From: an uncultured virus (IMG/VR IMGVR_UViG_3300043775_002819)
Lineage: Duplodnaviria; Heunggongvirae; Uroviricota; Caudoviricetes
Virus record (IMG/VR): IMGVR_UViG_3300043775_002819
Length of the DNA: 20,000 nucleotides
Strand: one strand, 5' to 3'
Shown here piece after piece: positions 8,689 to 17,055 of this stretch. Under the pieces are notes generated by a model, which was not told the DNA's origin, ran no database searches, and was given only the letters and a program-made list of their open reading frames with translations. Numbering within the stretch: position 1 is the stretch's first letter; each line of letters starts with the position of its first letter. Made by a program: the position numbers and the translations under genes.

Positions 8689-9744
8689 TTAATTATGGTT
8701 TATTGGACCTAACAATATTTGATTAGGTTGGGTTATAGTTACAGATCCTGTTGCTGTGCAACCACTTATATTTACCGTTACGGTATATGTGCCAGGACAA
8801 AGATTTGATATTGAAGGGGTTGTTTGTCCTCCCGGTGACCAAAGAAAAGTGGCCCCTGGTGTTGTTACATTTGAGTTTGCGGTTCCATCACATAATCCAA
8901 AACATGTGACATTTGTTGAGGTTGGGTTAACCACCAAATTAACGGGTGTGTAAGTGATTGTTAAATATCCGTGTCCTGTGTTGTTTGTGGGTAAACAAGT
9001 TCCTCCAACAGGGACAAGTGAAGATCCTCCACCGCCACCACCTCCACCGTTAGCACCAGTGCAACATCCATCATTTCCTCCACCGCCACCGCCATAACGA
9101 CCGCCACCGCCACCGCCACCTGATGCCGTTTGCCAAAATCCACCATTTCCACCTTGACCTAATGTTCCTGCTTGACCACCAGGAGGTGTTCCTGCCCAAG
9201 GAGCACCACCATTTCCTCCTGCAACTTGTGTTCCTCCTCCACCGCCAGCACCAAAGGTATTTCCTCCGTTTGCTCCGTTATTACATAAGGCTCCACCACC
9301 AGGTGTATTTGTGTTTGATCCTCCACCTTTACCACCACCCGCTCCTGCAACAATTACTCTATTTGCAAGTGCGGTTCCTCCAATTCTAATATCAGTTGCA
9401 CCTCCACCACCACAAGAATTATATGTTACATTCGCAGGGTTAGAAGCATATCCTGTTCCTCCACCATTCCATCCTCCTGAATTATTTCCACATGTCCCCA
9501 TTCCACCAACATATATATTCAGAGTTTGACCTGGTGTTACGGCTATTGTTGCGGTTATTCTTGCTCCGTTTCCTCCAATAGCACCTCCACCTTTTGCTCC
9601 TGCGGCGACTACATTGATAGAAGTAACACAAGGTGGAACAACCCATGTTTGAACAGCACCTGTATAATTAAAAGTTACGGTTTGAGTTTGTGATAAACTA
9701 ATGAAAAATAGAAATATAGATACTATAAAAGATATTAGTTTCAT
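8689..9744 (-). CDS. Secreted glycine-rich-domain protein with one SprB-like repeat, C-terminal PINHN
   Basis: Signal peptide MKLISFIVSIFLFFISLSQ (start moved from 9750 to 9744). FNYTGAVQTWVVP...GAKGG...GGGGATDIR...VIVAGAGGG is a Gly-rich domain. NVTCFGLCDGTA...FLWSPG...SNLCPGTYTVTV...GCT is SprB repeat-like. Confidence 0.82.
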   Translation of the reverse strand: MKLISFIVSIFLFFISLSQTQTVTFNYTGAVQTWVVPPCVTSINVVAAGAKGGGAIGGNGARITATIAVTPGQTLNIYVGGMGTCGNNSGGWNGGGTGYASNPANVTYNSCGGGGATDIRIGGTALANRVIVAGAGGGKGGGSNTNTPGGGALCNNGANGGNTFGAGGGGGTQVAGGNGGAPWAGTPPGGQAGTLGQGGNGGFWQTASGGGGGGGRYGGGGGGNDGCCTGANGGGGGGGGSSLVPVGGTCLPTNNTGHGYLTITYTPVNLVVNPTSTNVTCFGLCDGTANSNVTTPGATFLWSPGGQTTPSISNLCPGTYTVTVNISGCTATGSVTITQPNQILLGPINHN

Positions 9745-9748
9745 ACAC

Positions 9749-9755
9749 ATAAATA
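9749..9755 (-). promoter_or_regulatory. TATTTAT motif 4 nt upstream of ATG 9744
   Basis: Minus strand reads TATTTAT-GTGT-ATG at the head of the adhesin-like cassette. Confidence 0.55.
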
Positions 9756-9827
9756 CGACAAAAAAATAATTAGGTTTGGGCCAATGAAAGTTTATGATGT
9801 TTATGTTATTATTTGAAAGATTTTCAC

Positions 9828-9835
9828 TATATTTG
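9828..9835 (+). promoter_or_regulatory. Bacteroidota-type -7 promoter element TATATTTG
   Basis: TAnnTTTG consensus 4 nt upstream of the in-frame GTG 9840 of uvrC. Confidence 0.65.
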
Positions 9836-9839
9836 TATT

Positions 9840-11114
9840 GTGATTACAGAGAAACTTTCAAACATTCCCCAATCAAGTGGTTGTTACCTTTTCAAAAATG
9901 AGAAGGGTCAGATCATCTATGTGGGTAAGTCAAAGTTTTTACCGAAACGAGTGAAGTCTTACTTTCAAAAAAATCACAAGGATATCAAGACTACTTCTCT
10001 TGTGAGTGAGATCCGTGATGTTGAGTTCATGACTACTAACGATGAGTCACAGGCTCTTTTGTTGGAGGACGAACTTATCAAGTCTTTGAAACCAAAATAC
10101 AACATCAAAGCAAAAGACGACAGATCTCGTCGTTGGTTTATTACTTTGAGTGATGAGGAGTTCCCTCGTTTACAAGTTTGTAATCCTTCTAACTTTTCAG
10201 GTCAGATCCTTCTTGAGTCTACAAGTTCCAACTCTTGTTATGAGATCTATGAAATGGTTCACGACATCTTCAATCTTCGTTCTTGTTCTTACAACTTGAC
10301 TGAAGAAAACATTTCAAACGAAAAGTTCAAAACTTGTTTGGAGTTTCATCTTGGTCGTTGTAATGCACCTTGTATTTCAAACATTCTAAAGTTCTCCTAC
10401 AAGAAGATTGTAAGTGAGATGAAAGAAGTATTTTCTTTTGAGTTTGACAAGGTTCGTAGTCGTTTGAAAAAGTCTATGAAATATTTTTCTGATTCTATGG
10501 AGTTTGAGAAAGCTCAAGAGTTCAAAACTAAAATCTCTGTTGTTGATTCACTTCAAAAGAAACTTGAACCTTTTCGTGTTAGAAAGTATAATGATGTTGC
10601 TCGTCAGTTTAAAGAATCTTTGGGTCTTATCAATGTTCCTACTTTGATTGAGGCGTTTGACAATTCTCACACTAGTGGTGACTGTCAAGTGTCTGCTCTT
10701 GTTCGTTACAAGAATGGTAAAACTGATAAGTCAAACTACCGTAAGTTTAACATCAAAACTGTTGAGGGTCCTGATGACTACGCTTCATTCACTGAAGTTC
10801 TTTCTCGTCGTTTTACAAGACTTTTGAACGAAAAACAAGAGTTACCTTCACTTGTTGTTATTGATGGTGGTAAAGGTCAGTTGGGTGTTGCAAAACAAGT
10901 ATTTGAATCTCTTGGTTTGTTATCTCGTATTGATTTGATTTCTATTTCCAAAAACGACAAACACCAATCTCAAACAATCCACTTGACTGACGGGTCGTCA
11001 TTTGATATTCCACGAAATGAGTTTGGATTTTTGCTTGCTGAAGTTCAAAATGAAGTTCACAGATTTGTGATTTCTTTTCACCGTAAAAAAAGATCAAAAA
11101 AAGTTATTGGATAA
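9840..11114 (+). CDS. uvrC: UvrC-like excinuclease subunit (GIY-YIG, Cys cluster, UVR, RNase H-like domains; no C-terminal HhH)
   Basis: IPQSSGCYLF...IIYVGKSK, ALLLEDELIK..KPKYN, CLEFHLGRCNAPC, MEFEKA (UVR), IEAFDNSH, YRKFNI, DDYAS, PSLVVIDGGKGQL, NEVHRF..FHR. Start placed at GTG 9840. Confidence 0.92.
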   Translation: MITEKLSNIPQSSGCYLFKNEKGQIIYVGKSKFLPKRVKSYFQKNHKDIKTTSLVSEIRDVEFMTTNDESQALLLEDELIKSLKPKYNIKAKDDRSRRWFITLSDEEFPRLQVCNPSNFSGQILLESTSSNSCYEIYEMVHDIFNLRSCSYNLTEENISNEKFKTCLEFHLGRCNAPCISNILKFSYKKIVSEMKEVFSFEFDKVRSRLKKSMKYFSDSMEFEKAQEFKTKISVVDSLQKKLEPFRVRKYNDVARQFKESLGLINVPTLIEAFDNSHTSGDCQVSALVRYKNGKTDKSNYRKFNIKTVEGPDDYASFTEVLSRRFTRLLNEKQELPSLVVIDGGKGQLGVAKQVFESLGLLSRIDLISISKNDKHQSQTIHLTDGSSFDIPRNEFGFLLAEVQNEVHRFVISFHRKKRSKKVIG

Positions 11115-11760
11115 ACTTGGTATCGTAGTAACCTAAATTGTTGCCGTATGGATCCCTAAATAGGGGATAATTGTTTAAGATGTTGTCAATTTGGGGGTAA
11201 AGATTTTCTGTTTCCCAGTAACTTTCTTTGTCAGGTAGAAAGTCATTAAGATATTCACTTACAACAACTTTAGGATCCCACCACTCACCATCTTTTTCGG
11301 CTCTTACTACTTTCACATTATTGTATAAACCAAAACTTTCATTATCCCAATAACTTGTTGATACACCAACTGATTCAATAAATAATTTGTATCTTTCATA
11401 ACCAATAAAAGGAGTTCCTAATGTAAAATTAATCTCTTTAACGGAATTAAACACTTTTTGAATTCTTGATTTTAATTCTTCATTTAAATAAATTCCTTGT
11501 TTAAAGTTTGGTACAAAATACACATCAATTTTTTCATTTACAAAATCCCCAAAGTCTTCTGTTTCATCATAAATATAATCCCCAACAATTGGTGAAAAAT
11601 ATGAAACATCATTCGGGTTTTGAACTCTGAAATACATGTTAGTTCTACCATTTCTTCTAACAGATGGTTCTACTTTAACGGGTGTAACAACCAAACCATG
11701 TATGTCCAAAGGATCACCTGCAAAATGTTTGAATAGTTTTAATATTTTTTCGTTATCCAT
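11104..11760 (-). CDS. Hypothetical protein, 218 aa
   Basis: ORF coupled by TAATG overlap to the lysozyme gene. Overlaps the uvrC 3' end convergently by 11 bp. Confidence 0.8.
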   Translation of the reverse strand: MDNEKILKLFKHFAGDPLDIHGLVVTPVKVEPSVRRNGRTNMYFRVQNPNDVSYFSPIVGDYIYDETEDFGDFVNEKIDVYFVPNFKQGIYLNEELKSRIQKVFNSVKEINFTLGTPFIGYERYKLFIESVGVSTSYWDNESFGLYNNVKVVRAEKDGEWWDPKVVVSEYLNDFLPDKESYWETENLYPQIDNILNNYPLFRDPYGNNLGYYDTKFIQ

Positions 11761-12677
11761 TACCCAAACATTTTATATTCTCTTTCTCGTCTTGTTTTCA
11801 AACCAGGGTATTCGTTAAACATGTGAGAACTTGTGTTTAGTATTTCCTTTTTTGCCCCTTCCAAATCACCTCGTTTAACATATTGGATAAAATCGGATGT
11901 TCTAATACCAGGTCCCATGTTGTATGCCATAGACACCATTGCATCATACATACTTTGAGTTATTGGTGGCGTAATTCCTTGTTCTTCCCACTGATCTAGT
12001 ATTCTATTGATAATACTTTCTGCCTCTTTAATATCGTCTTTAAGTAGTGTTTCTGCTTGTTCTTTTGTGATTTTGGTTTTACCTGAAATGATTTTATTAT
12101 ATCTTGGAAGAAATTCAAACGATTCTTCTTCATCAGGAAACACAGCATGACCATAACCAATTGTTTTTGCACCATCACCAAGATTATAAGCCGTTAATAC
12201 TGGTTCACCTTTATGGATTATTGAACCTTCTTCCCATTTTAAATGATTTAATAATTTGTCTGATGACTTTCTAATCCTTAAATCCTTAACGACATTTTTA
12301 ATAATTTCTTTTTCTTGTTTAACTGCAGTTTCAAGTGGTGGTTCTAAATAATTTTTTATTTGTCCAATACTAATAAGACCAATTAAAGAAAAAATCACAT
12401 ATTTGATAATTTTTCTTTTAATTTGAGAAGGTAGGTTTTTTATTTTATTAGACAAAGTCTGTAAAAACTCTTTGGCATCTTCTTTTGTTTGAACCCAAGA
12501 TTTTGCTAAATCAATATCCTTTTTAACATTTTCAAAGTCCCATTCCATGTCTGGTTCGGTTTTACCATCATTCTCTATGATTAATGATAGTTTGAACACC
12601 ATGTCATCTATAATACTTTCATAAACGAATTTAGTTTGGATTCTTTGAAATTGTTCTTCTGTAAGTGAAACTTTCAT
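11760..12677 (-). CDS. GH24 phage lysozyme/muramidase with ~135-aa N-terminal extension
   Basis: LKWEEG...AYNLGDGAKTIGYGH, ITKEQAETLLKDDI, QSMYDAMVSMAYNMG and GLKTRREREYKMF are GH24 motifs. N-terminus has an MKVSLTEEQ leader and a hydrophobic segment YVIFSLIGLISIG. Confidence 0.9.
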   Translation of the reverse strand: MKVSLTEEQFQRIQTKFVYESIIDDMVFKLSLIIENDGKTEPDMEWDFENVKKDIDLAKSWVQTKEDAKEFLQTLSNKIKNLPSQIKRKIIKYVIFSLIGLISIGQIKNYLEPPLETAVKQEKEIIKNVVKDLRIRKSSDKLLNHLKWEEGSIIHKGEPVLTAYNLGDGAKTIGYGHAVFPDEEESFEFLPRYNKIISGKTKITKEQAETLLKDDIKEAESIINRILDQWEEQGITPPITQSMYDAMVSMAYNMGPGIRTSDFIQYVKRGDLEGAKKEILNTSSHMFNEYPGLKTRREREYKMFG

Positions 12678-12681
12678 GTCT

Positions 12682-12688
12682 ATAAATA
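12682..12688 (-). promoter_or_regulatory. TATTTAT motif 4 nt upstream of ATG 12677
   Basis: Minus strand reads TATTTAT-AGAC-ATG in a 21-nt intergenic gap. Confidence 0.6.
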
Positions 12689-12698
12689 TAGACGAATT

Positions 12699-13061
12699 CT
12701 ATTCGTAGGAAATCTTTGATATACAAAAGTCCATAATGTTAAAATAACATAACTCTTCTCGAAATAGTTGTTCCGTTTTCCAAGATCTTATTCTTCTGTT
12801 TTTATAGTTAGTGTTTGTGTAGTTACACCAACGGGAAGAATCGTTTTTTTTAACTTTGACATCCACTTCATACACAAATTTAGCGTTAGAACCATAATAC
12901 CAACTATTCGCATATTTTCTAATATTTGTGATTTCAACCAAGCAATCATCTTTAATATGAATATTACTTTCAAAAATAATAGGATTTTTTTTCAAAAGTT
13001 TTTTAACAAACTTAATGTCCTTATCACTAATTACCTTTCCTTCCTTTCTTGGGTGTTTCAT
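12699..13061 (-). CDS. Basic hypothetical protein, 120 aa
   Basis: ORF fills the gap between the GT cluster and the lysozyme gene and has its own TATCTTTG element. Confidence 0.78.
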   Translation of the reverse strand: MKHPRKEGKVISDKDIKFVKKLLKKNPIIFESNIHIKDDCLVEITNIRKYANSWYYGSNAKFVYEVDVKVKKNDSSRWCNYTNTNYKNRRIRSWKTEQLFREELCYFNIMDFCISKISYE

Positions 13062-13066
13062 TAAAA

Positions 13067-13074
13067 CAAAGATA
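13067..13074 (-). promoter_or_regulatory. Bacteroidota-type -7 promoter element TATCTTTG
   Basis: Minus strand reads TATCTTTG-TTTTA-ATG (13061). Confidence 0.65.
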
Positions 13075-13089
13075 AGAAAAAATATTATT

Positions 13090-14046
13090 CTATCTAAATT
13101 TTTTTTTCAAATTATCAAGTTTTGCCTTTTTTAAGGCAGAGTTCAAATTAGGATGATACAACATCGATCTGTTGTTGTTAATGGCATCATAATTTATTTT
13201 TTTTGGTTCTTTCGGAATATCTCTTTTTGGTTGATTAGAAAAAATCGTAGAAATAGATTCGTGTTTCAACTTTTTTTTCTCATATTCGGTTATTTCGTGT
13301 TCTTCTTTTAACTCAATCAAAGATTTTGTAAATTCTTTATTTTCAATATCAACAACTTTATATTCACTCGTTTTGAGCCCCTCCAATTTTAAAAAATGTT
13401 TTGGTTTATTTTTACTAATGAAAAAATATTTAGCCCTAATTTTTGATGATAAGTTTGTCTCAGGATGAATTGTTAAAGAATTTTTGTGTAATCTTCTATG
13501 AAATAGAATATGATTCGTATGTAATATTTTTAAATTCATTTTATATAGTCGAGACATAAGATCTGAGTCTGCGGCAACTCTCCATCCCTCAAATCCATTA
13601 ATACTTAAAAATATGTCTTTTTTAATCCCAAAAACTCCCTCACCAAATGTATTTTTTTGTTGTTTGAACTCTCGTTGATTGTTCTTATCCTCAAAATCAA
13701 TATATTTTGGTTTGATCAAATCATATATGTTTAATTGACTGTCAATTTCCTCAAATAAATTTGGCAGAATAACATCATCAGAATCAAAGAACAAAATTTT
13801 ATTATACTGACTTATTTCAACTAAAGTATTTTTAATTAGATAGGGACCTTGATTTTCCAAAAAGAAAAAAAACTTAAAGTTTTTTGGAAATTCTTTATTA
13901 TAAATGTAATCGATCGTTTCATAACAATTATCAATTCCAATCAAAACTTCAAATTCATTATCATATCTACTATTTTCTATAGATAAAAAAAGTTCATCCA
14001 AAAAAATAACATTTTTATAAGTTGGTATAATAACACTTAAACTCAT
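13090..14046 (-). CDS. Glycosyltransferase family 2 with C-terminal extension
   Basis: SVIIPTYK, EVLIGID, ENQGPY..KN, LFFDSDD (DxD), INGFE...ADSDL. Confidence 0.9.
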   Translation of the reverse strand: MSLSVIIPTYKNVIFLDELFLSIENSRYDNEFEVLIGIDNCYETIDYIYNKEFPKNFKFFFFLENQGPYLIKNTLVEISQYNKILFFDSDDVILPNLFEEIDSQLNIYDLIKPKYIDFEDKNNQREFKQQKNTFGEGVFGIKKDIFLSINGFEGWRVAADSDLMSRLYKMNLKILHTNHILFHRRLHKNSLTIHPETNLSSKIRAKYFFISKNKPKHFLKLEGLKTSEYKVVDIENKEFTKSLIELKEEHEITEYEKKKLKHESISTIFSNQPKRDIPKEPKKINYDAINNNRSMLYHPNLNSALKKAKLDNLKKKFR

Positions 14047-14993
14047 CTGAATTTCTTTTTATTAAATGTTGAAATTTGTTTTGAATTAAGTTTCAGATTA
14101 TTTGTATTAACCTGTGGTTTTTGTTGTGTATTATTTTGTAAATTTGAAAATATTCTATTAACTTTTTGGTAATCAATTGTTTTTTTATTTATTTCTAAAG
14201 TTTTTTCAATTTTTACCGGTTCATGTGGTGGTGGAGTTGGTTGCGGAATTGATATATTAGGAATTTGTTCTAACGAATTATTTTTATTATAGTTTTTTAA
14301 ATTTTCTAAGTTAATCGTTTTATTAAAAATAGAATTTACAACTTGTGTTTGTATAAAATCATTTTTAGATTCTACATCATAAATTGTGGTTTTTTGTGGT
14401 ATATATTGTATATAACCTTTTAGGTGTTTCAAACAAATAATCTCAATTTTATTTTCCATACAATATTTTCCTAACCAAACATCGGCCATATTTGGAAATA
14501 TAAAATATTCAAATGGTATTTTAAGTAAATTGGTATGAAAACACATCAATCCTGTTCCTCCAAATTGCACTTTTGTGTCTTTCGAGACCTCTTGTAAAAA
14601 ATGATATCTTTTTGATTTGGATTTGTAATATGATTGTATAGGGAAATTTTCAAAATTTCTTCCATGATAAGTAATTACTTTTTTTCTTTCGTAAAAGTCG
14701 CATTTTTGAATGATTTTTTTTATAAAATTTTTAGGGTAAATTATATCATCGTCTAATGTAATGTAATAAGCATCTTCGGTATTATTTAAAAAATAAAACT
14801 TATAAGCATCTCCCTTTGAGTTGTCAGTTATTAAAATATTAATCTTATTGTCAAAAAGAAATTTTGGTATTTCACCTTCATAAGAATTTAAGGCAACGTT
14901 TATTTTGTCACAATCTTCAATTACCGAATTTATTACTTTTTCTAAACCATCATTTCTTTTGTATGATGATATATTCACAACAATTTTACTCAT
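14043..14993 (-). CDS. GT-A fold glycosyltransferase (GT2-like) with C-terminal low-complexity tail
   Basis: SSYKR, KGDAYKF, YYITLDDDIIYP, GGTGLMCF and NMADVW motifs. Lies within the GT cluster. Confidence 0.78.
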   Translation of the reverse strand: MSKIVVNISSYKRNDGLEKVINSVIEDCDKINVALNSYEGEIPKFLFDNKINILITDNSKGDAYKFYFLNNTEDAYYITLDDDIIYPKNFIKKIIQKCDFYERKKVITYHGRNFENFPIQSYYKSKSKRYHFLQEVSKDTKVQFGGTGLMCFHTNLLKIPFEYFIFPNMADVWLGKYCMENKIEIICLKHLKGYIQYIPQKTTIYDVESKNDFIQTQVVNSIFNKTINLENLKNYNKNNSLEQIPNISIPQPTPPPHEPVKIEKTLEINKKTIDYQKVNRIFSNLQNNTQQKPQVNTNNLKLNSKQISTFNKKKFR

Positions 14994-14994
14994 C

Positions 14995-15696
14995 TTAAAA
15001 AATATTTAAGTCATTAACCATTCTTTCGTTAATGTTCATTTTTGATTTTTCAAAACCATGTTTAACTAATGATACTTTGGTATGATACATTGTATAACCT
15101 AAATCATTTAACCTTTTTGTTAATTGGTATCCAACCCCTGAACTTAAATTTGGGTCTTTGTTCCATCTGTTTTCTGAAATGGGGTTAATTTTGAAATCTA
15201 AAACCTCAAAGAATTTTTTTTCCGCAATAAAATCTAATTCAACCCATTGTGTTTGAATGTAATTGTCAATTATGTTTGGTGTAAAGTTTGACCAATTTGG
15301 TCTTTTTGTTCTTACATCGGTTCTAAACTCCAAAGAAATTTTTTTGTGGTCATTTAAATTCTCATATAAATTTGTAACGTCTAAAATAAAATTATCATCC
15401 ACTAATAAGTCATCTTGTAAGTATATATAATATTTTGATTCAATATTCCTTATATATTTAAAAGTCTGATCGATTATATACCAAAACTTTTTTTTACCGT
15501 GATTATTTGAAAATTTTATATATTTTATATTTTCATCGTAATTAATAAGATTTTCTTTACCTCCGTCATCAAAAACTACGATTTGAATTTTTTTATCCCC
15601 TTTTTGATGTAAAATTTTTTTTAAAAGGTTTTTTAGTGCCAACTGTCTATCAAAAGTGGTGATTATGATGCAGTAGTCAAATACTTGGTTTCCCAT
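14995..15696 (-). CDS. Glycosyltransferase family 2-like
   Basis: IIITTFDR, IVVFDDGG, NHGK, YIYLQDD, SLVKHG. Confidence 0.82.
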   Translation of the reverse strand: MGNQVFDYCIIITTFDRQLALKNLLKKILHQKGDKKIQIVVFDDGGKENLINYDENIKYIKFSNNHGKKKFWYIIDQTFKYIRNIESKYYIYLQDDLLVDDNFILDVTNLYENLNDHKKISLEFRTDVRTKRPNWSNFTPNIIDNYIQTQWVELDFIAEKKFFEVLDFKINPISENRWNKDPNLSSGVGYQLTKRLNDLGYTMYHTKVSLVKHGFEKSKMNINERMVNDLNIF

Positions 15697-15702
15697 AGAG
15701 AA

Positions 15703-16413
15703 TTAAATTTTAAAAATTTTTTGTTTAGATATATATTCTCTAACCATATTTTTATTTGTTCTTCCTAGTCTTTTTAAAGTAGTATTAGGGTGATTTTTTC
15801 TATAAATATAAATTGGTTCTTTTATTACAGACACTTCTTTTTTTGAACACTGTTCCAAACATGGATAACTGTATGCCAAATCTGTACAATTTGTAAAAAA
15901 ATTACCGTCCATTTTTAAAATAGTTTCAGGTATCGTATCAATCAAACTTTTTCTAAAAGTGTTTAAAGCAGTAGCTTTCCATTTTGTTTTTCTAAATAAT
16001 TTTAATTCAAAAGTTTCTTCACTGTATTCTTCAACTTCAAAAACAACATTAGTGTCCATATCAACCCAATTGCCGTATGTCATTTTTATTTCTGGTGTAT
16101 AATAATTAGTAACTATTTCCAAAGCATCTAAACTTAATTTATCATCTAAACCAACAAAAGAAACAATTTCACCTTGTGCTAATTTATTTAAGTTATACCT
16201 ACCATATAATGCACCCATATTTGTTTCATTGTTATATATTTTTATATTTTTATTTGATTTGAATTGCTCTAAAACTTTTTTGGTAGAATCAACGCTCCCA
16301 TCATTATAAATTAATATTTCAAAATTATCATATGTTTGATTCAGAATTGACCGAATACACTCTTCGGCATATAACTCACAATTGAATCCTGTTACAATTA
16401 CAGAATGTTTCAT
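15703..16413 (-). CDS. Glycosyltransferase family 2
   Basis: SVIVTGFN, CIRSILNQTYDNFEILIYNDGSVDST, NMGALYGR, YIYR. The DxD position reads FVGLDD. Confidence 0.9.
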   Translation of the reverse strand: MKHSVIVTGFNCELYAEECIRSILNQTYDNFEILIYNDGSVDSTKKVLEQFKSNKNIKIYNNETNMGALYGRYNLNKLAQGEIVSFVGLDDKLSLDALEIVTNYYTPEIKMTYGNWVDMDTNVVFEVEEYSEETFELKLFRKTKWKATALNTFRKSLIDTIPETILKMDGNFFTNCTDLAYSYPCLEQCSKKEVSVIKEPIYIYRKNHPNTTLKRLGRTNKNMVREYISKQKIFKI

Positions 16414-16414
16414 T

Positions 16415-17050
16415 TTATTTAATTACTTTACAATCTTTAAAAATATGGAAATCAGTTAGATCTCTATATCCATTTATTTCATTTAAATCTATATTGTTTT
16501 CGGGATAATTTTGTAAAAGGCAAAGTCCATGAGCAGCTTCCTGTGGTGTCATATACATATTCCAACCAATTGTTTCAATATTATCTTCTTTATAAAACTT
16601 TTCACTTCTACCCTCATATCTTGCCTTTTTAAACCACTTTGCGGCCACTTCATCGTCCGTTAGTATCATACCTCCTTTTCCAATACCAAGTTGTTTTTTT
16701 ATATGGAAAGATAAACCCATATAAGAACCAGGAATATACATGTTTGATGTTAATCTTTTTGCTGAGTCATAAATTGGATATGGTTTTAATTGATATAAAC
16801 CGCTCCAATGATTTGTAATTTCCCTTTTATCAAAAATAACTTCACCACCAGCATTAATTATACTCATAGGGACAGATAAATATGTTTTTGAGGGAATCGT
16901 AACTTCTTTAACTTGATGATATTTACACATCAAAAATAAGGCATTTGTACAACTATCAACAGATATTGCATATTTAGCACCAGTGTAAGAAGCAATTTCT
17001 TCTTCAAACATTTTTACTATTTTGTATGGGTTATGTTCTTTTATTGGCAT
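16415..17050 (-). CDS. DegT/DnrJ/EryC1/StrS-family PLP aminotransferase, compact (211 aa)
   Basis: FEEEIASYTGAKYAISVDSCTNALFL, VTIPSKTYLSV, YDSA, SFHIKKQL..GKGGMILTDD, GWNMYM. Confidence 0.85.
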   Translation of the reverse strand: MPIKEHNPYKIVKMFEEEIASYTGAKYAISVDSCTNALFLMCKYHQVKEVTIPSKTYLSVPMSIINAGGEVIFDKREITNHWSGLYQLKPYPIYDSAKRLTSNMYIPGSYMGLSFHIKKQLGIGKGGMILTDDEVAAKWFKKARYEGRSEKFYKEDNIETIGWNMYMTPQEAAHGLCLLQNYPENNIDLNEINGYRDLTDFHIFKDCKVIK

Positions 17051-17055
17051 ATTTT

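Noticed and set aside
8113..8706. C-terminal His-Asn as an intein signature
   Set aside because: HN is followed by a stop codon, so there is no C-extein nucleophile, and no Hint-domain blocks are visible.
8756..9529. Several overlapping short ORFs and CCACCG/CCTCCA-type tandem repeats with raised GC
   Set aside because: Explained by poly-Gly codons of the Gly-rich gene. Not a CRISPR array, independent repeat or separate genes.
4876..12688. TATAAATA (T4 late promoter consensus) on the + strand at 4876-4883 and 12681-12688
   Set aside because: It points away from the adjacent minus-strand genes, and at 12681 there is no credible plus-strand gene to drive. The constant spacing supports reading it as TATTTAT on the coding strand.
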